Of a DNA stretch of 28,771 nucleotides, positions 1-7,669 are shown one piece after another. The stretch lies in assembly GCA_947589695.1 (NCBI GenBank), contig CANQBY010000001.1, forward strand, positions 1 through 28,771, given 5' to 3'. Position numbers and translations under genes: made by a program. The notes below the pieces were generated by a model. The model did not search any database and was not told the DNA's origin. It saw nothing but the letters and a program-made list of their open reading frames with translations. The first letter of the stretch is position 1, and each line of letters begins with the position of its first letter. The stretch is from an uncultured Bacilli bacterium (GTDB lineage Bacteria > Bacillota_I > Bacilli_A > RF39 > UBA660).

Positions 1-2
1 CC

Positions 3-1034
3 TAAAATTAAATGAATATTTCCATTAAAACTTTTTAAGGCGGTAATGGTGGCAGTAGGATTTGTGGATTTAGAATCATTATAATAAGCAACACCATCTA
101 AAGTTCTTACATATTCAATACGATGTTCCACCCCTTTAAAGTTTTTTAAGACTTCTTGGGCGTATTTTAAATCAATTTTTAAATAATCAAGTAAAACTAA
201 TAAACATAAAATATTTTCATAGTTATGAAGACCTTTTAAAAGAATATCATTGGTGTTTAAAACAGGTTTATGATGAAGATAAATTACATTATCTTGATAA
301 TAATTTTCTTGATCATTAAAATAATATTTAGAAGAATTAATATCTTTAGTTAAATCTAGGGAATCATAATTAGCTTGGTTGATAATGGCAATATCTTTTG
401 AAGTATGATGATTAAAGATTTTTTTCTTGGTTGCTTTATAATGTTCATAAGAACCATGATAATCTAAATGCGTAGGACAAAGATTAGTTAAAATACTAAT
501 ATTGGTTTTAAAATCCTTAAAATCCATAAGTTGATGATCGGATATTTCTAGTAATAAATAATCATTTTCGTTAATATCAGTAACAATTTTAGATAAAGGA
601 GTACCAATATTACCTCCCAAATGAAGAGGAAGACCAGCTTTTTTTAAAGTTTCATATATTAAAGTAGTGGTGGTAGTTTTACCATTAGAACCTGTAACAC
701 CAATAATAGTGACATTGGGTGGTAAGAAGTGATAGGCAACTTCCATTTCATTAACAACTGGAATGTTTAGATTATGGGCTAAAGTAATACATGGATGAAA
801 AGGAAAAACGGCCGGATTTTTAATAACTAAATCATAAGTATTATCTAAAAGAGTTTCAGGTTCACTTGTTTTAATAAACTTAATACCTAAAGTGGCTAAC
901 TCTTCTATTTTGGAAGAGTCTTGATCTTTCATATCAGTAATAATTATTTCATTTGAATAGTTAGATAATAGTTTGGCTACTTCATAACCACTTTTAGCCA
1001 TACCTAGAATAAATATTTTTTGATTTTTATACAT
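3..1034 (-). CDS. murD: UDP-N-acetylmuramoyl-L-alanine--D-glutamate ligase, 5' part (runs off the left edge; missing from the ORF track)
   Basis: Manual translation from ATG at 1034: MYKNQKIFILGMAKSGYEVAKLL..., P-loop GVTGSNGKTTTT, LGGNIGTP, LEISDHQL, PTHLDYHGS; these are MurD motifs. Confidence 0.95.
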   Translation of the reverse strand, partial: MYKNQKIFILGMAKSGYEVAKLLSNYSNEIIITDMKDQDSSKIEELATLGIKFIKTSEPETLLDNTYDLVIKNPAVFPFHPCITLAHNLNIPVVNEMEVAYHFLPPNVTIIGVTGSNGKTTTTTLIYETLKKAGLPLHLGGNIGTPLSKIVTDINENDYLLLEISDHQLMDFKDFKTNISILTNLCPTHLDYHGSYEHYKATKKKIFNHHTSKDIAIINQANYDSLDLTKDINSSKYYFNDQENYYQDNVIYLHHKPVLNTNDILLKGLHNYENILCLLVLLDYLKIDLKYAQEVLKNFKGVEHRIEYVRTLDGVAYYNDSKSTNPTATITALKSFNGNIHLIL

Positions 1035-1051
1035 TTTAATCACCTAAAAGT

Positions 1052-1080
1052 ATTATATTCTAAAAAAGAAAAAAAAGCAA
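1052..1080 (-). promoter_or_regulatory. sigma-A promoter of murD
   Basis: Minus strand TTGCTT (1080-1075), 17-nt T-rich spacer, TATAAT (1057-1052). Confidence 0.7.
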
Positions 1081-1081
1081 T

Positions 1082-3304
1082 TTATCTTGCTTTGTTTTCA
1101 GAAAGATTATGGTAATAACTTAAAAATAAATTAGTTATTTCATCTTTGGTAAAGTGATAAGTTAAAACATTTTCATCAAGCATATTAAAATAATTCATAA
1201 TATCTTTAAGAGTTACAATATTATTAATTAAATCAGGATTAATGTCTATTTTAGTAGGAGCATTATAACCACAATTTAATTCGATATAAAAGTCCCCATT
1301 AATATCAGATGTTTTAGATAAATAAATATCGGTTATATCTAATAAAGTAGAACCATAATCAGGATCTTCATAACTTATTTGATATAAAGGAGTTACAATA
1401 ATATGATCATCTTCTAAAGAAACATTACTAAACCAAGAAGAACCTTTTAAAAATTCGGTTAGATAATCTGTACTTAAAATAGTATTTAAATTAAGTGATT
1501 CATACCAATAGCCTTGTAAATAATATGATAAAGGAAGAGGATTAGATAAATATAAAGGATTATTGTTAGTAGTAAAAATAATATTATTTTTTTGAGCTAT
1601 TGTATAAGTTATATTCTTATTACTATCAAGACCAATATATAAATTAACTTCATTATCATATTCATTATTACAAATATTTAAGTTTGCAATTACTTTATCA
1701 TTATATATAAGATCAATTGGTAAATAACGATGAGGAGAAATAATCATATTATCACGATTAAAATTAGCAATTAAAGTCGCATAATTATTTTCAGAAGGAT
1801 AAGTTAAAATAGTATCTAAAACATTTATATTATTAGGTAAATAATTTAACATAGCCTTACTTTTTAAAACAGTTTTGGTAATGAGTTTCCCTTGTTCATC
1901 AAAGGTACTATAATTATAATAAGATTCATTATCTTGGGTTATTTCTTCACAGTTAAAGATAAATTCGACATGAGAGTTTTCAAATACTAAATATTTATCA
2001 ATTAAGGAAAGATTGGTTAATTTAGTTTGAAAAATACTATAGTCTAAAGTAGGAATATTATGAGTGGCTAAATAATTATTAAAATCGGTATAATAATATT
2101 TAAATAAGTCTTCCTCCCCTTCAAGAGATCTAAGCATATTTAAAAAAGGTATTAAAGGCTGATAAGGTTCCTTTTCATTTAAAGTTTCTTTAGTAATTAA
2201 ATATAACTCATCATATAAAGCTTTTTTAGTAGAAGTAATATCTAAATGAGGATTTTTAGTACTTTCATTTAAAGCATCCATATAATTAATAATATAATCG
2301 ATATCAATATCCGGATATTTTTCTTTTAAAGTAGCAAGGTAATTGGTAATTCCATAATGATTATAATTAGTATAAGGATAGGGAACATTGGCTAGAAGAA
2401 AGTCCGTTATTTTACCACTGAAGGTGTAAGTAGTTGGAGTTAAGCCATAAATATCTTTAATATAATAATTAGTAATAGCTTCTTCTAGAGCAATACCATG
2501 CATTAAGCCATTTTCAATATTATAACCATAATAATATTTAGCATTTTCTTTAGTAATAGTAATAAAATGGGCAACATGAAACATTTCATGAAGGGCTATT
2601 TCGGGACTGCAAAAAGGAGTCGCATAGATGGCATTTTCTTTAACATCGTAGAAAGCAGCAACATTTTCACCCGCGAGAGCTTGAATTTCCGTGATGGGAA
2701 TTTCTTTAATTTTTAAGGTTTTTAAATTTTCATAAAAAAGACGTTTTTCGGGATTTTCCGCATTGGTATCCATAAAGGATAAAATACTTAAAGCAGCATT
2801 ACGATATTTTAAAGTTAAATCAGGGTTATTATCGATAACCTCTTTTATTTCATCATCAGAAATACTAGTATAACCAAGAATTGTATCTAATTCGTTTAAA
2901 TCTTTGATAACATAATAAAAATCAGCAGAAAGATTGGGATTATCAGTAGATGATTTAGCAAGATAATTCGGAGAAAATTCTTCTTCTGTGATAATTAAAT
3001 TATCATTTTCGACCGTTACTTGTTTCGGTTTAAAATACGCGGTTAGACCAATTGTGGCAATAACTGCCAAAGTAGCAGCTTGATAACGAACTTTTTCTTT
3101 AAATGTCAATTTGGGAATGGCAAAAACTTTGGTAATATCCACATTATTATAAATTTGATTTAAGTATAGAAAATCATCTAAGGTAGGATAAATGTAATTA
3201 CCTTCTTTAGTTAATTCTAAAAAAGTTTTACGATTTTTTTCGTCAATAAAAATAGTAAATTCTTTATCTTTATATTTAATATTAAATAATTTTTTATATG
3301 TCAT
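1082..3304 (-). CDS. Membrane-anchored hypothetical protein with a zincin-like metallopeptidase motif, 740 aa
   Basis: Hydrophobic segment AATLAVIATIGLTAYF near residue 80; HEXXH motif (IALHEMFHVAH) followed by GIALEEAITNYY (candidate third Zn ligand). Confidence 0.7.
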   Translation of the reverse strand: MTYKKLFNIKYKDKEFTIFIDEKNRKTFLELTKEGNYIYPTLDDFLYLNQIYNNVDITKVFAIPKLTFKEKVRYQAATLAVIATIGLTAYFKPKQVTVENDNLIITEEEFSPNYLAKSSTDNPNLSADFYYVIKDLNELDTILGYTSISDDEIKEVIDNNPDLTLKYRNAALSILSFMDTNAENPEKRLFYENLKTLKIKEIPITEIQALAGENVAAFYDVKENAIYATPFCSPEIALHEMFHVAHFITITKENAKYYYGYNIENGLMHGIALEEAITNYYIKDIYGLTPTTYTFSGKITDFLLANVPYPYTNYNHYGITNYLATLKEKYPDIDIDYIINYMDALNESTKNPHLDITSTKKALYDELYLITKETLNEKEPYQPLIPFLNMLRSLEGEEDLFKYYYTDFNNYLATHNIPTLDYSIFQTKLTNLSLIDKYLVFENSHVEFIFNCEEITQDNESYYNYSTFDEQGKLITKTVLKSKAMLNYLPNNINVLDTILTYPSENNYATLIANFNRDNMIISPHRYLPIDLIYNDKVIANLNICNNEYDNEVNLYIGLDSNKNITYTIAQKNNIIFTTNNNPLYLSNPLPLSYYLQGYWYESLNLNTILSTDYLTEFLKGSSWFSNVSLEDDHIIVTPLYQISYEDPDYGSTLLDITDIYLSKTSDINGDFYIELNCGYNAPTKIDINPDLINNIVTLKDIMNYFNMLDENVLTYHFTKDEITNLFLSYYHNLSENKAR

Positions 3305-3325
3305 AATAAGACTCCTATCGTAATA

Positions 3326-3354
3326 ATTATAAAATAAGAAAAGAAAAAAAGCAA
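3326..3354 (-). promoter_or_regulatory. sigma-A promoter of the 740-aa gene
   Basis: TTGCTT (3354-3349), 17 nt, TATAAT (3331-3326). Confidence 0.7.
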
Positions 3355-3924
3355 TTAGCTTGCTTTAATTAATTTAATATAATAGTTAACATCATTATGC
3401 CAGTTAGGATTTTCGGCATATTTACGATTAATAGCTTCAGGAGTAGTTAATCCCTGTTTAAAGTAACCTTTAGAAAGGTTCGTAATAAAAGCTTCTAAGC
3501 CTGTTTCTAAAGTAGCAAATTTACCATAAGAACCACAGCCGGAACCTTTCATACCACCAACATTATTACAATGTTTAACTAAATAACTACAATTCCATTT
3601 ACAACCCGTTTCAACTAAAATGATTGAAGCGGCAATATACGGATCCACTTCGGCTTCTAAGCTTAGATTAACAATAGTTTTACCATAACCGGCAAGTGTG
3701 GAATTTAAAACTTTATCAATTTTGGCACTTAATTCATTTTTACTTAAGCCATCATAGATAATTATATCATCATATCTACTTTTAGGTAAACCACTAAAGG
3801 CAATACTATTTTCGATGTAATTATTTTCAATTATTTTATTATTATTATTTTTAGAAATTATTAGGAAACTACTTATAACTAAAACGATAGAAACCATTTT
3901 AATTAAATAATTTTTCATTTTCAA
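3355..3924 (-). CDS. Glucosaminidase/lysozyme-like peptidoglycan hydrolase with N-terminal membrane or signal segment
   Basis: AASIILVETG, HCNNVGGMKG, FATLETGLEAF, KYAENPNW resemble the glucosaminidase-domain family. Confidence 0.7.
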   Translation of the reverse strand: MKMKNYLIKMVSIVLVISSFLIISKNNNNKIIENNYIENSIAFSGLPKSRYDDIIIYDGLSKNELSAKIDKVLNSTLAGYGKTIVNLSLEAEVDPYIAASIILVETGCKWNCSYLVKHCNNVGGMKGSGCGSYGKFATLETGLEAFITNLSKGYFKQGLTTPEAINRKYAENPNWHNDVNYYIKLIKAS

Positions 3925-3953
3925 AATCCCCCTGCTTCTTTCGAAGTAACTAA

Positions 3954-3982
3954 ATTATACCATATTAGGGGTAAAAAGTCAA
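3954..3982 (-). promoter_or_regulatory. sigma-A promoter of the 189-aa gene
   Basis: TTGACT (3982-3977), 17 nt, TATAAT (3959-3954), with TG upstream of the -10. Confidence 0.7.
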
Positions 3983-4012
3983 ATTTTGAAGCTATTTTTG
4001 GCATACAATTGT

Positions 4013-4309
4013 TTAGATTCTTTCAATATCTAAGATGTTATTAATGTTAATCCGTTCCCCATTTAAAGTAAGTAAATTAGAGCCATTTAAACCCACGATA
4101 GTAGTGGTATAGCTATCATTATTTGTGATAATTTTAACATCACTTTTATAAACATGATGGGGGTTAGCAAAGATCTCATTAATCTTTTCAGGAATATTAT
4201 TAGAATTTAGACTACGGGTAGAATCTTTCGAACTAATGAAAATATCTTTGTTATTAGTAATTGGTTTATTAATAGGGCTAGCATAAACTTTAGGTAGATT
4301 TTTGTTCAT
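4013..4309 (-). CDS. Hypothetical protein, 98 aa
   Basis: ORF with AGAGGTG ribosome-binding site; no family recognised. Confidence 0.65.
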   Translation of the reverse strand: MNKNLPKVYASPINKPITNNKDIFISSKDSTRSLNSNNIPEKINEIFANPHHVYKSDVKIITNNDSYTTTIVGLNGSNLLTLNGERININNILDIERI

Positions 4310-4370
4310 ATTGAAACACCTCTATAATATTTTATGATATATTATCTAAAAATGTACTCATAATAAAAAT

Positions 4371-5453
4371 ATGAAAACAAAATGGATGAATTATATATTA
4401 TTTTTAGGGCCAATAAGTATTTTAATTATTATTTCTTTACTTAATATGAAAATAGTAGGAATAAATAATGCGATGTATAAAAGTTATTTTATGAAACAAA
4501 GTTTATGGTTTATACTAGGTTTTATAGTAATGTTTATCATAATTAAATTAAAGCCCAAATTACTGTTTAAATATAGTAAATATCTATATTATTTTAATGT
4601 GTTTTTGTTAATATTAGTTTTATTAGTGGGAAAAACAATAAATGGTTCAAAAGCCTGGTTTGATTTTTATTTCTTTTCTTTTCAACCAAGTGAATTAATG
4701 AAATTTTCCCTTACTTTATATTTAAGTCAAATATTAGCCAATTATAAAAAACATGATTTTAAAAGTGAACTTAAATTTATTTTAAAAGCCATATTTTTAA
4801 TGCTTATTCCCTCTTTATTTGTCTTTTTAGAACCAGATACCGGGGCTATTATAATATATTTCTTAATAACTTTAGGGATTATTATGATATATAAAATAAA
4901 TATTAAATGGTATATATTTTTAGCTATGATTCTCATATTATTAGGGGGTGGGTTCTTATATCTTTATTATTTTAATAAAGATTTGTTAATAAAGTTAATT
5001 GGAACTACTTTCTTTTACCGGATGGATAGAATATTTACCTTTGTTAATAAAGATTCATTTCAATTAGATAGAGCTTTAATTGCGATAGGAACAGCAGGAC
5101 TCATTAGTACTAAGCATTTTATTTATATACCAGAAGCGCCAACTGATTTTATAATTGCCCTTTCAATTAGTAATTTAGGAATTATTAGCTTAATAATAAT
5201 CTTAGGAGCATTCTTAAGTTTAGATGTTTACTTTTTATATAAATTATTTACAAATAAAAATATGAAATATAAAATGTTTATGGCTGGATTCTTAATGATG
5301 TTTATATTTGCCCAAATTCAAAATATTGGTATGAATATAGGACTGTTTCCCATTATTGGACTTCCCCTACCATTTGTTAGTTATGGAGGGACAAATATCT
5401 TAGTTTATTTTATGTTTTTGGGAATAATTGGCAGTAAAAAAGAATTTTTTTAA
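4371..5453 (+). CDS. FtsW/RodA/SpoVE (SEDS) peptidoglycan glycosyltransferase
   Basis: Multi-TM protein with NGSKAW, FQPSELMK, LEPDTG, EAPTDFI, GLFPIIGLPLPFVSYGGT motifs; paralogue identity not resolvable. Confidence 0.92.
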   Translation: MKTKWMNYILFLGPISILIIISLLNMKIVGINNAMYKSYFMKQSLWFILGFIVMFIIIKLKPKLLFKYSKYLYYFNVFLLILVLLVGKTINGSKAWFDFYFFSFQPSELMKFSLTLYLSQILANYKKHDFKSELKFILKAIFLMLIPSLFVFLEPDTGAIIIYFLITLGIIMIYKINIKWYIFLAMILILLGGGFLYLYYFNKDLLIKLIGTTFFYRMDRIFTFVNKDSFQLDRALIAIGTAGLISTKHFIYIPEAPTDFIIALSISNLGIISLIIILGAFLSLDVYFLYKLFTNKNMKYKMFMAGFLMMFIFAQIQNIGMNIGLFPIIGLPLPFVSYGGTNILVYFMFLGIIGSKKEFF

Positions 5454-5461
5454 ATTTCTAC

Positions 5462-5490
5462 TTGACAAAAATTGGCTTTTGTAGTAGTAT
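5462..5490 (+). promoter_or_regulatory. sigma-A promoter with no downstream protein gene
   Basis: TTGACA (5462-5467), 17 nt, TAGTAT (5485-5490). Confidence 0.65.
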
Positions 5491-5495
5491 ACATC

Positions 5496-5644
5496 CTCGA
5501 ACATTTAATTTGTTTGAATAAATTCTTTTCCATTCTTTGATATACTTCCTTTACTTAACTAATATCAAATTCTACTAATTCAGGCATTATTAAATGTTTA
5601 TTCATTTGTTTAGAACAAGCAACTTCGGTTGCTTGCTTTTTTTT
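5496..5644 (+). ncRNA. Candidate ~145-nt small RNA (long hairpin plus intrinsic terminator)
   Basis: AACATTTAAT 5500-5509 pairs with ATTAAATGTT 5589-5598; TGTTTGAAT pairs with ATTCAGGCA (two G-U); TTTGATAT/ATATCAAA closes a C/U-rich loop; promoter upstream and UUCG terminator downstream. Confidence 0.5.
5616..5644 (+). terminator. Intrinsic terminator
   Basis: CAAGCAAC-TTCG-GTTGCTTG (8 bp stem, C-UUCG-G loop) followed by C and a T run. Confidence 0.8.
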
Positions 5645-5697
5645 GTTTAAAAAAGATAGGTTTTAAAACCTATCAATATAAAGTAATAAAAATATAA

Positions 5698-5735
5698 CTT
5701 GCCCTTAGATAAAAAGGTTTAGCACTAAAGGCAAG
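5698..5735 (-). terminator. Probable terminator of the 474-aa gene
   Basis: CTTGCCCTTAG 5698-5708 / CTAAAGGCAAG 5725-5735 inverted repeat, a G-U pair on the minus strand. Confidence 0.45.
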
Positions 5736-5787
5736 AGAAATATTAAATTACACTACACTCCATCTAAAGTGCTCTACCATACTTCGT

Positions 5788-7212
5788 CTATGAGACTTCG
5801 TATGGATTTGTCATATTTCCTGGACCTGCAGTATCAGGACTTTTTGTTTTGAACTTTGTACCAGCTTTGAGATTTATTACTGGGCGCACACCACGAGTGT
5901 CGCTCACGTCGCTGCGGCCGAGGGAGCCATCACTATACACACCGAACACGTAAGCATAACCGTCATCAAAGCCACGCGGAGACATTGTCCAATAATTTCG
6001 GCCTGTATATAAGTAATAACTATCATTAGGTTGTCCAGCTAATCCTCCGGCAAAAACTACTTCATCTGCTGTGATTAAGCCTACTGGTACCGGTAATTTG
6101 CCATTGCCTTGTCCAGCACTATCACTTGTAGTATATAAATCTCTTTTCTTATTTTTGCATGTAAATGTTGGTTCTTGAGTAGTGTCCCAATCTGTGCTAC
6201 TAGGATTTAAAAATCTATCATATGCTCCATATATTGTTGGGAAAGTACCATACCCTTGGTTTGTATAAATAATATTTCCATGATTTGAAGAAGCTTTCGA
6301 TCTATCTCCACAAAAACCTGTTGCTCCATCTATTTTATTTTTATACTCTTCATTTTTACCTATTTTATTATCATACCATTCTTTTATTGTATCTAATATA
6401 GTACTATTTGTCACACTATCTGACATCTCATTGTTATATGTAGTTGATGGAGATTTTTTTTCACCATCATACATATAGCCTACATACTTATTATCGTTAA
6501 AAGTATCATTAAATTGTACATTAGCGTCATCATTAATAGATGTACCTTTACCAGTTTTTTGAGCAGTATCACCAGAATAAATAAGTCTTATAGTACCATC
6601 ACCATTAATTCGAATAATTCGCCAATACATATCAGCAAACTTGACCCAGTTATTATCCACTGTGCCTCGATAATAATATGTTATTCCGTAATCGTCTGTT
6701 CCTTTAAATAATCCGCTATTACTATCAGCACAACTTCCACATGCTGTACTTGAAAAACTTTCTTTGCCTTCTCGAGCTTCCTCTGTACTCAATCCTAATG
6801 CTGCCAAAGTTTTTAATGTAGCATTGGTAAAATAAACATAACATTTTGTTCCTTTTTTAGTTATATCAATTCTTACCTTATCTCCTGTATATTCCATATT
6901 ATTTGTTATTCTTTCTTCTGTACTTCCAACTATACAATAACTCTTTTCATTATCTATTTCATAATTACCTTTGGGTATTTCTTCTATTAATACATCATTT
7001 TTACCTGTACTTTTATACATAGCAATAACATTTAAATCAGCACTTGTATAATTTATTGTTCCTTCGGCTAACTTTACACTATCAACTGTTTTATATTTAG
7101 CTTTTGCAAATAATAAATTACTTACTGCAAGAAGTGCTACTCCCATTGCTAAGCCATATAAAAACCATTTTCCTTTTTTACTATTACTAATATCTAGTTT
7201 TTCGAATTTCAT
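5788..7212 (-). CDS. Membrane-anchored surface protein with C-terminal CLec-like domain, putative DGR target, 474 aa
   Basis: N-terminal hydrophobic anchor; YYYRGTVDNNWVKF...WRIIRINGDG, GLITADEV and C-terminal YWTMSP...AYVFGV..DG....V..TRGVRPVINL, the pattern of DGR-target C-type-lectin-fold domains. Confidence 0.8.
   Translation of the reverse strand: MKFEKLDISNSKKGKWFLYGLAMGVALLAVSNLLFAKAKYKTVDSVKLAEGTINYTSADLNVIAMYKSTGKNDVLIEEIPKGNYEIDNEKSYCIVGSTEERITNNMEYTGDKVRIDITKKGTKCYVYFTNATLKTLAALGLSTEEAREGKESFSSTACGSCADSNSGLFKGTDDYGITYYYRGTVDNNWVKFADMYWRIIRINGDGTIRLIYSGDTAQKTGKGTSINDDANVQFNDTFNDNKYVGYMYDGEKKSPSTTYNNEMSDSVTNSTILDTIKEWYDNKIGKNEEYKNKIDGATGFCGDRSKASSNHGNIIYTNQGYGTFPTIYGAYDRFLNPSSTDWDTTQEPTFTCKNKKRDLYTTSDSAGQGNGKLPVPVGLITADEVVFAGGLAGQPNDSYYLYTGRNYWTMSPRGFDDGYAYVFGVYSDGSLGRSDVSDTRGVRPVINLKAGTKFKTKSPDTAGPGNMTNPYEVS
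5881..6003 (-). other. Putative DGR variable repeat (VR)
   Basis: 60 G/C in 100 nt at 5881-5980 (hand count) in an AT-rich gene; 31 consecutive codons are 27 NNY plus 4 GTG, none ending in A. Confidence 0.75.
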
Positions 7213-7282
7213 TCCTTACCCTACTTCCTTTCTTAAGTTATACTTCATTTACTTATTGATTAATAATATGTAATATATTTAT

Positions 7283-7350
7283 AACCTATTTTGGCTTATA
7301 TTAATATAATAATCCATTTTGGGTTAAAAGTCAATAATCTATTTTAGATT
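7283..7350. promoter_or_regulatory. Three related 15-bp quasi-palindromic operator boxes
   Basis: AACCTATTTTGGCTT 7283-7297, AATCCATTTTGGGTT 7311-7325, AATCTATTTTAGATT 7336-7350. Confidence 0.65.
7306..7334 (-). promoter_or_regulatory. sigma-A promoter of the 474-aa gene
   Basis: TTGACT (7334-7329), 17 nt, TATTAT (7311-7306); the middle operator occupies the spacer. Confidence 0.65.
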
Positions 7351-7383
7351 ATGATAAAGTTATTTTATTGAGGATGGTAAGCT

Positions 7384-7608
7384 ATGAATAGATTAAAAGA
7401 ATTAAGAGAAGATAGAGATTTATTACAGAAAGATATTGCTAAATATCTTAATATGTCTCAGACTGGGTATTCGAAGTATGAAGTAGAGACAAATGATATT
7501 CCAACGGAAGTATTAAAAAAACTAGCATTATTTTATAATACTAGTATTGATTATTTGCTGTATCAAACGGATGAGAGAAAACCTTATCCCAAAAGTATTG
7601 TTGAATAG
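7384..7608 (+). CDS. XRE/Cro-C1 helix-turn-helix transcriptional regulator, 74 aa
   Basis: RLKELREDRDLLQKDIAKYLNMSQTGYSKYEVETNDIPTEVLKKLALFYNTSIDYLL is an HTH_3-type pattern. Confidence 0.92.
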   Translation: MNRLKELREDRDLLQKDIAKYLNMSQTGYSKYEVETNDIPTEVLKKLALFYNTSIDYLLYQTDERKPYPKSIVE

Positions 7609-7632
7609 TATTCTAAATTGAATACTTTTTTT
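7607..7632 (+). terminator. Terminator of the XRE gene
   Basis: AGTATTC-TAAATT-GAATACT followed by a T run. Confidence 0.6.
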
Positions 7633-7641
7633 ATTCATAAT

Positions 7642-7669
7642 AAAAGCACCAAGTTTTAGAACTCAGTGC
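7642..7669 (-). terminator. Minus-strand terminator (cdaA-cdaR operon and/or short leader RNA)
   Basis: GCACTGAG-TTCTAAAA-CTTGGTGC-TTTT on the minus strand (two G-U pairs). Confidence 0.6.

Noticed and set aside
5450-5533. 27-aa minus-strand ORF MEKNLFKQIKCSRMYTTTKANFCQVEI as a type I toxin
   Set aside because: Not hydrophobic, no obvious promoter, and it runs across the opposite-strand promoter; recorded only as an alternative explanation of the anti-SD match.
5496-5600. 6S RNA interpretation of the long hairpin
   Set aside because: The paired region is only ~100 nt with an 8-bp apical stem, much shorter than the typical 150-190 nt 6S; kept as a generic sRNA candidate.
7653-7664. GTTTTAGAACTC resembling a type II CRISPR repeat start or a tracrRNA end
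   Set aside because: Single copy, no spacers and no cas genes; it is the loop of a terminator hairpin.
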